64,000 nt of DNA from an uncultured Aquihabitans sp. (lineage in GTDB: Bacteria; Actinomycetota; Acidimicrobiia; Acidimicrobiales; Microtrichaceae): contig CAZNQK010000003.1 of assembly GCA_964575165.1 (NCBI GenBank), forward strand, positions 10,860 to 74,859, given 5' to 3'. The notes below the pieces were generated by a model. That model saw nothing but the letters and a program-made list of their open reading frames with translations, was not told where the DNA came from and did no database searches. Shown here piece after piece: positions 37,122 through 46,241 of this stretch (positions within the stretch are counted from its first letter, which is position 1; every line of letters begins with the position of its first letter). Position numbers and translations under genes: made by a program.

Positions 37122-38539
37122 CCGGCTTCGACCACGACTCCTGGGAGATCGTGATCGGCCTCGAGGTCCACGCCGAGCTGATCACCCGCACGAAGCTGTT
37201 CGCACCGTCGCTCAACGAGTTCGGCGGCGAGCCCAACACCCACATCGATCCGCTGACGCTCGGGCTACCCGGGTCGTTGCCGGTGCTCAACGAGCAGGCG
37301 GTCGAGCTCGCGATCCGGGTCGGTCTCGCCCTCAACTGCACAGTGCAGCGCTCGGTGTTCGCCCGGAAGAACTACTTCTACCCGGACCAGCCGAAGAACT
37401 ACCAGATCTCCCAGTACGAGCTGCCGATCAACGCAGAGGGCTGGCTGGAGCTGCCCTCTGGCATGCGGGTGGGCATCGAGCGGGCTCACCTCGAGGAGGA
37501 CACCGGCAAGTCGACCCACGTCGGCGGTGGTGGACGGATCCACGACGCCCGCTACTCGCTCGTGGACCTGAACCGGGCCGGGGTCCCGCTGCTCGAGATC
37601 GTCGGCAAGCCCGACCTGCGCACCGTCGACGACGCCAAGGCCTACGTAGCCGAGCTCCGGGCGATCCTCGTCGCCGTCGGGGCCTCGGACGGCAAGATGG
37701 AGGAGGGGTCGCTGAGGGTCGACTGCAACGTCTCGGTCCGCCGTCGCGGTGAGGCCGAGCTCGGCACCCGTTGCGAGATCAAGAACGTGAACTCGTTGCG
37801 GTCTCTCGGTCGGGCGATCGAGTACGAAGCCGCCCGTCAGGTGGACCTGATCAGCTCGGGCGAGGGCGTCGTGCAGCAGACCCGGCACTGGAACGACGAC
37901 GAGGGCCGCACGACGCTGCTGCGCTCCAAGGAGGACGCGGACGACTACCGCTACTTCCCCGATCCCGACCTTGTGGTGGTCGACCCCGGTGACGAGTGGA
38001 TCGAACGCGTCCGTGCCGCCCTGCCGCCGCTGCCGGCGCAGCGCCGTCACCGCCTGGCCGAGGCGCTCGGCGTCGAGCTGGGGTCCACTGCGCTGGTCGT
38101 GGACCGGGGGCTCGACGACCTGTGCCTCGCCGCGGTCGAGCTGGGTGCCGACCCGGCCCGCGTGCTCACCCACGCCGAGCACAACATGGCCGACGAGCGT
38201 GCCCGCGGCGTCTCTCCGTCCTCCTTCGCTGCGTTGGTCGGCATGGAGGTCGGAGGTCAGCTCACCTCGACGCAGACCAAGCAGGTGCTCGCCGAGATGA
38301 TCGAAACCGGCGACGATCCGGCAGCGATAGCGCGGCGCCACGGCTTCGAGGCGGTCGACACGTCGGAGCTCGAAGGTCTGGTTGACGGGATCATCGAGGC
38401 GAACCCTGCGGAGTGGCAGCGGTTCTGCGAAGGCGACGGCAAGGTCGCCGGGTTCTTCGTCGGGCAGGTGATGAAGGCCACCCAGGGCAAGGCCGACGGC
38501 AAGGCCGTCACCGCCCTGCTCAACTCCCGCAAACCGTGA
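37118..38539 (+). CDS. gatB: Asp/Glu-tRNA amidotransferase subunit B
   Basis: [40 protein letters not shown] and a C-terminal YqeY-like tail [24 protein letters not shown] overlap with gatA. Confidence 0.9.
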   Translation: MTGFDHDSWEIVIGLEVHAELITRTKLFAPSLNEFGGEPNTHIDPLTLGLPGSLPVLNEQAVELAIRVGLALNCTVQRSVFARKNYFYPDQPKNYQISQYELPINAEGWLELPSGMRVGIERAHLEEDTGKSTHVGGGGRIHDARYSLVDLNRAGVPLLEIVGKPDLRTVDDAKAYVAELRAILVAVGASDGKMEEGSLRVDCNVSVRRRGEAELGTRCEIKNVNSLRSLGRAIEYEAARQVDLISSGEGVVQQTRHWNDDEGRTTLLRSKEDADDYRYFPDPDLVVVDPGDEWIERVRAALPPLPAQRRHRLAEALGVELGSTALVVDRGLDDLCLAAVELGADPARVLTHAEHNMADERARGVSPSSFAALVGMEVGGQLTSTQTKQVLAEMIETGDDPAAIARRHGFEAVDTSELEGLVDGIIEANPAEWQRFCEGDGKVAGFFVGQVMKATQGKADGKAVTALLNSRKP

Positions 38540-38544
38540 CACTC

Positions 38545-38607
38545 TCCCCCTACCCGTTCTCCCCCCTACCCGTTCTCCCCCGACCCGTTCTCCCCCAGCC
38601 CGTTCTG
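38545..38607. repeat. Tandem repeat, about 4 units of 15-16 nt (NNRCCCGTTCTCCCC), starting 6 nt after the gatB stop
   Basis: Units at 38550-64, 38565-80, 38581-95 and 38596-607. The last unit is the first part of the adjacent palindrome. Confidence 0.75.
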
Positions 38608-38654
38608 TTGTGCAGAACGAGAAGGATCCTTCTCGTTCTGCACAACAGAACGGG
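38599..38654. repeat. Perfect 56-nt palindrome (28+28, no loop); each arm is itself a 7-bp hairpin
   Basis: CCCGTTCTGTTGTGCAGAACGAGAAGGA|TCCTTCTCGTTCTGCACAACAGAACGGG was verified base by base. It shares CGTTCTGT(T)GTG with family B. Confidence 0.85.
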
Positions 38655-38793
38655 TAGAGGGAGGGCTCGGCGCCGGCTGAACCACACCTTGCCCGAGCAG
38701 CGGTTCCGCAACCTCGTGCGTGTGCTCCTCGCCGCAACGGCGGTCCTTTCCCTGATCGCCGGGATCAGCTCCTGAGCCGTACGATCGTCGGTC

Positions 38794-39393
38794 GTGGCGG
38801 AGCCGCGGACGAACATGTGGACACCGATGGCTCGGGTCGGCGTCGCGGCGGTCATCGTGGTCGTCCCGTTCCTCTCATCGTGCAGCAGGCAGAGCCCGAC
38901 CGAAGAGGTCCGAGTGGATCCCGCTGATGAGGTAGTCGACGGTCCGGCGCCGACAGCTCCGCCCGCGTCCGCCGACGCGCCGGACCCCGCCTCCGGAGCT
39001 CTCGGTCAGACCGACGTCAACGAGCTGATCCGTAGAGTGGACGAGCTCAACAACGAGAAGGACATGTGCAGGCTGCTCTCCGGCCAGGCCGTGGCCGAGA
39101 TCATCGGAGCGGACGTGAACCTCACCAGCCTGATGACCAACCCGTCTGGCTTCACGCAGCTCCTCGCATCGCTCGATCGTCTCTTCGCTCACATGGTCAC
39201 GATCGGACCGCCCGAGCTCGTGGGTTCGCTCCGGACCGTTCAGGGTGTGTGGAGGTCGCTCGCGAGCATCGATCCCCGTGCCCCCGATGCCGAGACGCGG
39301 TCGGCCGCGATCCTCGAGGATCCTGCGGTGCAGCAGGCCCATGACGCCCTCGCGGCCTACGCGACGGCGAGTTGCGTGGCCTCCGGGGGCTGA
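38794..39393 (+). CDS. Hypothetical lipoprotein
   Basis: Signal peptide with lipobox VPFLSSC, then a Pro/Ala-rich linker and a ~130-aa domain. GTG 38794 lies 8 nt after TACGAT; ATG 38815/38827 are alternatives. Confidence 0.55.
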   Translation: MAEPRTNMWTPMARVGVAAVIVVVPFLSSCSRQSPTEEVRVDPADEVVDGPAPTAPPASADAPDPASGALGQTDVNELIRRVDELNNEKDMCRLLSGQAVAEIIGADVNLTSLMTNPSGFTQLLASLDRLFAHMVTIGPPELVGSLRTVQGVWRSLASIDPRAPDAETRSAAILEDPAVQQAHDALAAYATASCVASGG

Positions 39394-39439
39394 CGCCGGA
39401 CGATCGTTCCCGTCCCACCCTCGTTCCCGTGGGGCCGGG

Positions 39440-40771
39440 TTACGGCAGGGAACGCGTGCGTTGCCAGCCGTCGGAGCGGAACCGCGCACCGAGGAGCGCG
39501 ACCCGGGAGCCGATGAACACGACGAGCGTGAACCACAGCCCCCCGAGGCCGGTGCCGCCGCGCTCCACCAGGACTCCGACGACGACCAGCACTCCGAGTG
39601 ACGCGACCATCGCCGCCGCGAGGAAGCGCTGGTCCCCGGCGCCGACCAGGATCCCGTCGAGGGATGAGGCCAGTCCGTTCAACGGCTGGGCCAGCCCGAC
39701 CCAGACGAGAGACGACACCACCAGCACCTCGACCGCCGCGTCGTCGGTGAACAGCCCAGCGATCCCGACCCGGCCGACGAGCGTGACGACCCCGAGGACA
39801 GCGCCGCACCCGGCGGTCCACACGAGGATGCGTCGGGACGTGCGGCGGACGTCTACCCAGTCGGACCGTCCGACCGCGACTCCGACCAGGCTCTGCGCCG
39901 CTGCTTCGAGCCCATCGAGCAGGAACGTGAGGAACATCCACCACTGAAGGGCCACCTGGTAGGCCGCGAGCTCGGCGGCTCCGCGACGGGAGGCCAGCGC
40001 CGTGAACGACACGAAGGCCGCTCGCAGCGCGACGGTTCGAACGAACAGGTCCCGCCCGACGCGGAGATGAGCTCCGATCGTGGAGGCCACCGGACGCCGA
40101 CGGACCCCACGACCGTGTCGTCGGCCCACGACGACGACGTGGACCGCAGCCGCCCCCCACTGGGCGAGCACCGTTCCCGCAGCCGATCCCGCCAGGCCCC
40201 AGCCCAGCCCGAGCACGAGCGGCACCTCGATCGCGAGGTTCACCACGTTGGCAGCGACGGTCACGACCAGAGGCGTCCGGGCGTCGAGATGACCGCGCAA
40301 CGCTCCTGTGCCTGCCATCGTGATGCACACGGCCGGGATGCCGACGAGGCTGATGAAGAGGTAGGTGCGAGCACCGTCGGCCACCGCGTCGGTGGGACTG
40401 AGCCAGTCGATCAACGGCACCCCCAGGACTGCGAGGCCAGCGGTCACCAGGACTCCACAGCCGGCGCCGACCCAGAGGCCTTGGAGCGACTGCTCCGACG
40501 CATCGAGGTCCCGACCGGCACCCCGGAGCCTGGCGACCGACGACGCGGTCCCGAAGGTCAGGAAGACGAGAACACCGGTTGCGGTGAGGAGGATGGTGGA
40601 GGCGACCGCCAACGACGCCAGCGCGTCGCTGCCGATCCTGCCGACCACGGCGGTGTCGACGAGCAGGTAGAGCGGCTCTGCTGCGAGGGTCAGGAACGCC
40701 GGTCCCGCCAGTCGCCAGATGGCACGGTCGAGCTCCCGACCCTTGTCCGTACCGCTCAGACCGGGATCCAC
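39440..40771 (-). CDS. MATE family efflux transporter (DinF-like)
   Basis: ELDRAIWRLAGPAFLTLAAEPLYLLVDTAVVGRIG is the canonical MATE N-terminus. 12 TM. The start overlaps the upstream ATPase gene by 16 nt. Confidence 0.8.
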   Translation of the reverse strand: MDPGLSGTDKGRELDRAIWRLAGPAFLTLAAEPLYLLVDTAVVGRIGSDALASLAVASTILLTATGVLVFLTFGTASSVARLRGAGRDLDASEQSLQGLWVGAGCGVLVTAGLAVLGVPLIDWLSPTDAVADGARTYLFISLVGIPAVCITMAGTGALRGHLDARTPLVVTVAANVVNLAIEVPLVLGLGWGLAGSAAGTVLAQWGAAAVHVVVVGRRHGRGVRRRPVASTIGAHLRVGRDLFVRTVALRAAFVSFTALASRRGAAELAAYQVALQWWMFLTFLLDGLEAAAQSLVGVAVGRSDWVDVRRTSRRILVWTAGCGAVLGVVTLVGRVGIAGLFTDDAAVEVLVVSSLVWVGLAQPLNGLASSLDGILVGAGDQRFLAAAMVASLGVLVVVGVLVERGGTGLGGLWFTLVVFIGSRVALLGARFRSDGWQRTRSLP

Positions 40772-43185
40772 ACCACCTGCGCCATCTCGATCGTCACGTC
40801 GCTCCGCGACAGCGTGATGTCGGCGGACTCGACCTCATCTGAGACCGCGGCCCAGCGGTCATCGATCTCGACCAGTGCGTCTGCGAGCTCCTGTTCCAGC
40901 GCTTCGAGGTCGTCGACCTTGTCCTCGACCGAGGCGGATGCGTCCTCTGCGCGCTGCTTGGCCCTGTCCACCCGCTCACGGCCTGACATCGCCGTTCGTG
41001 CCGCGGATGCCAGGCCGCGTGTGCGGCTGCGTCCCCCGAGCAGGCCGCCGAGCAGCGAGCCGGCCACGTCGGTGAGCTCGGTGGTCCCTGCCCGGTCAGC
41101 TGCGACAGCGGCCGCGTCCGCCTTTCGCTGAGCGGTCTCCACTGATCCGCGGAGCCGGTCGATGCGGGAGGTGAGCTTCTGTCGGATCTTGTCGGACTCG
41201 GCGTCTGCGGCGACCTGCGCCGCCTCGTCGCAGCGGGCCGCGAACTCCTCTGCGGACTCCCCGACGCGCCCCCAGAGCTTCAGCTTCCGGTTCACGGGAA
41301 CCGTCAGCGCCCGGTCCCGGACCAGCAGGTCCTTCACACGGGTGGCCAGTCCCGTGAAGCAGGCCTTGGTGTCGATGCGGGCCGCGGTGGGGAGGTAGGT
41401 GGCGCCGGCCGGGGCGGTGTCGAGGAAGTCCCGTTCGTCGTGGTCGACGGTGACTGCCGACGCAGGGTCGGGGTCGTCGTCGAGCGAACCGAGCACCGCC
41501 TCCCACTCCTGGATCTCCCGGATCGAGGCCTTGGAGTCCTCGAACCGCATCGAGACACGCAGCGCGATCGCAGCGCTGAACGTCGTGCTCGACGGTGCCG
41601 CTCCGACCTGGGCTGCCCATGGCGAAGCGGGGTCGAGCCAGCGCACCGGCACACCGTCGGCGACCCTCGGCATGACCGGCGATCCGGAGCTCCCGTCAGG
41701 CCGGCCGGCCTCGTCGGTCCCGGGCGGAGCAGTCGTCGGATCCGGCGCGGCAGGTGCCGAGGTCATGGGGTCCGGGGTCGCCGGTCCGACCTCCTCGCGG
41801 CCGGGCAGGTCCCGCAGCTGGGTGCCTGTCACGGGTCCCCGCAGGTACGACATCGCCCAGCGGGAACCGAAGCGCACAGGAGCGTCGGATCCCGTGTGGT
41901 GCCAGATGAACTGGCGCTTGTCGAGATTGGAGATCGAGGCGTCGAGTCCTGCCATGTCGACGCCGCCCGTCGCCGGTGCCATGCCCTCGAGCAGCCGAGC
42001 CTTGTCGCGTTCGGTCTGGAGGCGTCCGACCAGCCACGTCCCGGCGTTGGACATGGACTTGTAGTCGAGGTCGACGGGGTTCTGGGTGGCCAGCACCATC
42101 CCGACACCGAACGCTCGGGCCTGCTTCATGATCGTGAGGATCGGAGCCTTTGTCGGCGGCGCGGCGCTCGGGGGCACGTAGCCCGCTGCCTCGTCGAGGT
42201 ATATGAGCGCCCGGAGCCGATCGGTCCCGGGCTGGGCTCGGAACCAGCGGATCACCGCGGCCAGCAGCCGGCTCACGACCAGCTGACGTTCGTCGTCGGA
42301 CAGGTGCGAGAGCGTCACCACCGCCAGGCTCGGACGGCCGTCATCCGCTGTCAGGAGCCGTCCGATGTCGAGTGGGGCACCGCCGAAGAAGGTCTTGAAG
42401 CCCGGGGTGGCCAGGATTCCGTTCAGCCTCACCGCCAGCTGCGTGCGTCGGTCCGGAGGGATGACGGTGTCGACGTCCATGACGCCGAGTTGGCGCATCG
42501 GAGGGGTGGCGACTCGCTGCAGGAGGGTGGACAGGTCGAGCGACTCGCCGGCGCTCCACGCCGCGTGGACGATGTTGGAGACGAGCAGGTGCTCGGGGCT
42601 GACGAGCGGGTCGCCGGTGATGCCGACGAGTCCGAGCAGACCGGACGTGATGGCCTGGACCTCGGCCTCGATCGCGTCGGCGTCGGGAGTCCCATCGCCG
42701 GCCCCCCTGGGTGCGCCGAGGGATCCGACGATGTCCAACGGGGTGCCGTTGTCGGAGCCCGGGGTGTACACGCCCATGCGCGTCGAGGTCCTTAGCGCCG
42801 CGATGCGGGAGCCGTCGATGCCCCAGCCGGCGAGACCGGTGCGCCACGTGGTCGCGACCTCGGCGGGGTCCGAGCCCTCGGGCACCCAGGGAGCGAAGTC
42901 CTCGGGCCGCAGCTCCGGGAACGTGAGCAGGAGGTTGGTCAGGTCGCCCTTCGGGTCGATCGCCAGCACCGGCACGCCGGTTCCGAGCACCTCCTCGATC
43001 AGGGAGACGGCGAGACCCGTCTTGCCGGAACCCGTCATGCCGACGATCACCCCGTGCGTGCACAGGTCGTCGATGTCGGCCGACGCTGCTGTGCCGTTGC
43101 GCTGCCCGTCGTCGTCGAGGAGCTCGCCGAGGTACAGACCCTCGGAAGGGTCGGGCCGGACGGGAGTCGAGGTCTGCTCACCCAT
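40756..43185 (-). CDS. HerA-like / DUF853 (YjgR-type) P-loop NTPase with a ~300-aa C-terminal extension ending in a coiled-coil region
   Basis: Walker A VGMTGSGKTGLAVSLIEEVLGTGVPVLAIDPKGDL, Walker B LRALIYLDEAAGY, and KQARAFGVGMVLATQNPVDLDYKSMSNAGTWLVGRLQTERDK, which parallels the DUF853 block. The tail is rich in heptad-like A/E/R/D segments. Confidence 0.75.
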   Translation of the reverse strand: MGEQTSTPVRPDPSEGLYLGELLDDDGQRNGTAASADIDDLCTHGVIVGMTGSGKTGLAVSLIEEVLGTGVPVLAIDPKGDLTNLLLTFPELRPEDFAPWVPEGSDPAEVATTWRTGLAGWGIDGSRIAALRTSTRMGVYTPGSDNGTPLDIVGSLGAPRGAGDGTPDADAIEAEVQAITSGLLGLVGITGDPLVSPEHLLVSNIVHAAWSAGESLDLSTLLQRVATPPMRQLGVMDVDTVIPPDRRTQLAVRLNGILATPGFKTFFGGAPLDIGRLLTADDGRPSLAVVTLSHLSDDERQLVVSRLLAAVIRWFRAQPGTDRLRALIYLDEAAGYVPPSAAPPTKAPILTIMKQARAFGVGMVLATQNPVDLDYKSMSNAGTWLVGRLQTERDKARLLEGMAPATGGVDMAGLDASISNLDKRQFIWHHTGSDAPVRFGSRWAMSYLRGPVTGTQLRDLPGREEVGPATPDPMTSAPAAPDPTTAPPGTDEAGRPDGSSGSPVMPRVADGVPVRWLDPASPWAAQVGAAPSSTTFSAAIALRVSMRFEDSKASIREIQEWEAVLGSLDDDPDPASAVTVDHDERDFLDTAPAGATYLPTAARIDTKACFTGLATRVKDLLVRDRALTVPVNRKLKLWGRVGESAEEFAARCDEAAQVAADAESDKIRQKLTSRIDRLRGSVETAQRKADAAAVAADRAGTTELTDVAGSLLGGLLGGRSRTRGLASAARTAMSGRERVDRAKQRAEDASASVEDKVDDLEALEQELADALVEIDDRWAAVSDEVESADITLSRSDVTIEMAQVVWIPV

Positions 43186-43235
43186 GCCGAGAGCCTGTCA
43201 TCTCGCCGTCGGCGGCGCGGCGCTGGTCCCTGGCC

Positions 43236-43742
43236 GTGGGCCGGTGTCGCTCCCCCGTGATGCCGTCGCGTGCGATCATGCCCGAGATGGCCGGGCGGAG
43301 CTCACGAACGCGACAAGGCAGGCGCTCGGGTCGGGGGGGATGGGCACGTGACCACCCCGGCGTGGTGATCGTTGCGGTTCTGGTGGTGTTGGTGGTGGTT
43401 CTGGCCGTGGCCGGAAAGCTCCTGGCAGACAGGGCGGCCACGGCGTCCACCGACACCAGGGCCAGGGAGATCCGTGAGCTGTTGCACGGCGCGACACCCG
43501 AGGACTTCCTCGCCTTCAACGCCGGCGTCAAGGTGGACGGAAGCGTCGCGCAACGGGTCAGGGACCAACCGGACTTCGTCAACGTGCGGGCCCGCGCGGC
43601 CGAGAGCTTCATCCGCTTCCAGCCCGAGGGCTGGTGGTCGGGGTTCACCGAGCGCTGCGTCGTCGCCAAGGTGCGCACCGGCGGTGTCACGGTGGTCGTT
43701 CCCAAGTCGGCGTGTGTGCGGGTTCCGGCGCCGGGCGACTGA
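43236..43742 (+). CDS. Hypothetical membrane-anchored protein
   Basis: Arg-rich N-terminus, one TM (VVIVAVLVVLVVVLAVAG), then a ~100-aa C-terminal domain. The start is uncertain (GTG 43236, ATG 43260/43281). Confidence 0.45.
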   Translation: MGRCRSPVMPSRAIMPEMAGRSSRTRQGRRSGRGGWARDHPGVVIVAVLVVLVVVLAVAGKLLADRAATASTDTRAREIRELLHGATPEDFLAFNAGVKVDGSVAQRVRDQPDFVNVRARAAESFIRFQPEGWWSGFTERCVVAKVRTGGVTVVVPKSACVRVPAPGD

Positions 43743-43744
43743 CG

Positions 43745-44548
43745 ATGCCTGATCCTGATCCGATCGACGGCCCGGTTCCCGGCTGGCCTGCGATGGCGGC
43801 TCGCGGCCTCGGCAAGGACTTCGGCAGCCGGAGCGCCGTGGTCTCGCTCGACCTCGACGTTCCTGTCGGGAGCTTCTTCGGCCTCGTCGGCCCGAACGGG
43901 TCGGGCAAGACGACCACCCTGCGGATGGCATCGGGCCTCCAGAGACCCGACCGAGGTCAGGTGTGGATCACCGGCCACGAGACCTGGGGCGAGCCCGTCG
44001 CGGTCCGCCGGCTCCTGGGGGTCGTGCCGGACCCGTTGCACCTGTTCGACCGGCTCACCGCCCGCGAGCTGCTCCTGCATCTGGGTGAGCTGCGGGGTCT
44101 CGAGCGCGACGAGGTCACCTTCCGCTCCGACGAGCTGCTCGGGGTCCTCGGGCTGAGCGCCGCGGCGGGCGAGCTGATCGGTGGCTACAGCCACGGGATG
44201 CGCAAGAAGACGTCGCTCGCCTGCGCCCTTCTGCACCGACCGGCAGTGCTGCTGCTCGATGAGCCCTTCGAGGGCGTCGACCCGGTCTCGGCCGTCACCA
44301 TCCGCGGGCTGCTGGACCGGTACCGGTCAGCGGGTGGGACGGTGGTGTTCTCGAGCCACGTGATGGACCTCGTCGAGCGGTTCTGCGACCACGTCGCGGT
44401 GATGGCCGAGGGCCGGCTCCTGGCGTCCGGTCCGATCGACGAGGTCCGCCGCGGAGTCCGGTTGGAGGATGCGTTCATCGCGATGGTCGGAGCCTCGCCG
44501 GCCGGACGGGACGAGCTCGGCTGGTTGGACGGCTCGGGCAGATCGTGA
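43745..44548 (+). CDS. ABC transporter ATP-binding protein
   Basis: Walker A GPNGSGKTTTLRM, signature YSHGMRKK (LSGGQ variant), Walker B LLLDEPFEGVD and H-loop SSHVM. ATG 43745 was chosen. Confidence 0.85.
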   Translation: MPDPDPIDGPVPGWPAMAARGLGKDFGSRSAVVSLDLDVPVGSFFGLVGPNGSGKTTTLRMASGLQRPDRGQVWITGHETWGEPVAVRRLLGVVPDPLHLFDRLTARELLLHLGELRGLERDEVTFRSDELLGVLGLSAAAGELIGGYSHGMRKKTSLACALLHRPAVLLLDEPFEGVDPVSAVTIRGLLDRYRSAGGTVVFSSHVMDLVERFCDHVAVMAEGRLLASGPIDEVRRGVRLEDAFIAMVGASPAGRDELGWLDGSGRS

Positions 44549-46176
44549 GCGGGCTGCGCGGTGAGGTGCCGCTCGGACGTGTGGTCCGGTCGCTCGTCTG
44601 GCTCAAGTGGACGCTGTTGATCAGCGGGCTGCGGGGACGGATGCAGCTACGGGTCCAGACCTGGTTGTCGCTCGTGGCGTCCGTGCTGCTCGGGCTCTTC
44701 GGGATGGCGGCGTTCCTCGGCTTGGGGCGAACGTTCGACAACAGCGACCTCATGGTCGTGATCATCCTGCCGGTGCTCGTCGGGGGCATCGCCCTGCTGT
44801 CGGCCGCGGCCGGTGTCGAGACCACGATCGACGTGCGCAACCTGGCGACCGAACCGATCGGCCCTCACCGACTCGGATCGGCGACCCTCGCCGCGGCGGT
44901 CGTCGGTCCGCCGGCGGTGATGGCCGGGCTCGCCGGGGTGGGGCTCTTCGGCGGATTCCGCGGTGGAGGCGGTGCCGCCACGGCTGTGGTGATCGCCGGT
45001 GCGGTGCTCGCGTGGTGGGCGACGTTGCTGCTGTGCAGTCGCACTGCAGCGAACGTGCTCGGCGCACTGGCGCAGGGTCGGACCCGTCACATCGCCCAAA
45101 CGGCGGCGGCGTTCTCGGCGGTGGGGATGTGGATCGCCGCCCAGCTCGGGTTGGCGGCGATCCGCTCGTGGGACCGGGCCAGGTGGGAACGCCTGGCGGA
45201 TGTGTTCTCGTGGACGCCGCCGGGCCAGATCGGCCGGGCGGTGGCGACAGCGGCGACCGACCCCGCCGCTGCCGCCTTGCACGTCCTGGCAGGTGTTGCG
45301 TGGCTCCCGGTCCTGTGGTGGGTCCACGGCGCGACGACCGGTCGGTTGGTGACCGCTCCGCCCCGCTCCGGCGCAGAGGGGCGGACCGTGCGGACCGGGG
45401 TCGTCGGCGTCCGGGCGGGGGTCCTGCGGTTGTTGCCCGGCGGCCGGGCGACCGCTGTTGGCGCTCGAACCATGAGGACCAAGTTGCGCACCCCCCGCGA
45501 GGCGGTCAACACCGTGGTGGCCCTTCTGCTCGGGGTCGGGGCGCTCGTCGTCGGACCGTTGCTCGACGGGAGCTCCGACGGTGGGGGGCGACTGGTCCTG
45601 ACAGCGGGACTCCTGCACTTCGCCGTCCTGTTCGAGTCGAGCAACTCGTTCGGCTTCGACGGTCCGGCTCTGTGGATGGAGGTCGCCGCCGGCGCGGACG
45701 CCGACGTGCTCGTGCGGGGCAAGGCGGTGGCGTCGATCGCGACGATGCTCCTCCCGGCGGCACTGGTGGTCGTGGTCCTCGCCGTGCTCCACGACGGCTG
45801 GGCCTTCGCCCCCGCCGGCATCCTGTTGGCGTTGGGATCGGTGCTGCTGGCGACCGGTGCGTCGGTCCTCAGCGCCTCGTTGGCGCCGTTCGCTGTCCCC
45901 GAGAGCCCGAACCCGTTCGCGTCCGGCGATGCCGGCCAGGGGTGTCTGGCCGGGACGGTGCTCATCGGCGAGACGCTCGTGCTGGGTCTGGTGTCGCTGC
46001 CGGTGGCGGTGGCCGTCCTGTGGGCGTCGGGCCGGTCGGCGGAGCTGACGGCGGCGGTCGCGTTGGCCGGGCCGGTTGTGGGCGCTCTCGTGCTTCTGGG
46101 TGCGGTCCACCTCGCGGCAGCGACGTTCCGGTGTCGGGAGGCCGAGCTGGTCGCCCGGGTCACCCCTGCACGCTGA
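44545..46176 (+). CDS. Large polytopic membrane protein, presumed permease partner of the ABC ATPase
   Basis: GTGA overlap with the ATPase gene. At least 10 hydrophobic segments and no motif I can name. Confidence 0.6.
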   Translation: MSGLRGEVPLGRVVRSLVWLKWTLLISGLRGRMQLRVQTWLSLVASVLLGLFGMAAFLGLGRTFDNSDLMVVIILPVLVGGIALLSAAAGVETTIDVRNLATEPIGPHRLGSATLAAAVVGPPAVMAGLAGVGLFGGFRGGGGAATAVVIAGAVLAWWATLLLCSRTAANVLGALAQGRTRHIAQTAAAFSAVGMWIAAQLGLAAIRSWDRARWERLADVFSWTPPGQIGRAVATAATDPAAAALHVLAGVAWLPVLWWVHGATTGRLVTAPPRSGAEGRTVRTGVVGVRAGVLRLLPGGRATAVGARTMRTKLRTPREAVNTVVALLLGVGALVVGPLLDGSSDGGGRLVLTAGLLHFAVLFESSNSFGFDGPALWMEVAAGADADVLVRGKAVASIATMLLPAALVVVVLAVLHDGWAFAPAGILLALGSVLLATGASVLSASLAPFAVPESPNPFASGDAGQGCLAGTVLIGETLVLGLVSLPVAVAVLWASGRSAELTAAVALAGPVVGALVLLGAVHLAAATFRCREAELVARVTPAR

Positions 46177-46229
46177 CCCTGCGCGCGTCACGTCAGGACG
46201 AGTGGGGCGGGGGACCGGGGCCGGCGGGG

Positions 46230-46241
46230 TAGGTTCGGCCT
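46230..46241 (+). promoter_or_regulatory. -10-like TAGGTT 6 nt upstream of the ilvD GTG (leaderless candidate)
   Basis: Read in the sequence. No Shine-Dalgarno is present and no clear -35 was seen. Confidence 0.3.

Noticed and set aside
38545-38607. Possible CRISPR array, given the regularly spaced repeats after gatB.
   Set aside because: The units are contiguous 15-16-mers with no spacers. There are only ~4 copies and no cas genes, and the repeat merges into a palindrome. It is a tandem repeat, not a CRISPR array.
38413-38855. ORFs 38413..38775(+) and 38550..38855(-), which both encode ...LLCRTRRILLVLHNRTG....
   Set aside because: The identical peptide on both strands is simply the translation of the 56-nt palindrome. 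The ORFs span the gatB 3' end and intergenic repeats.
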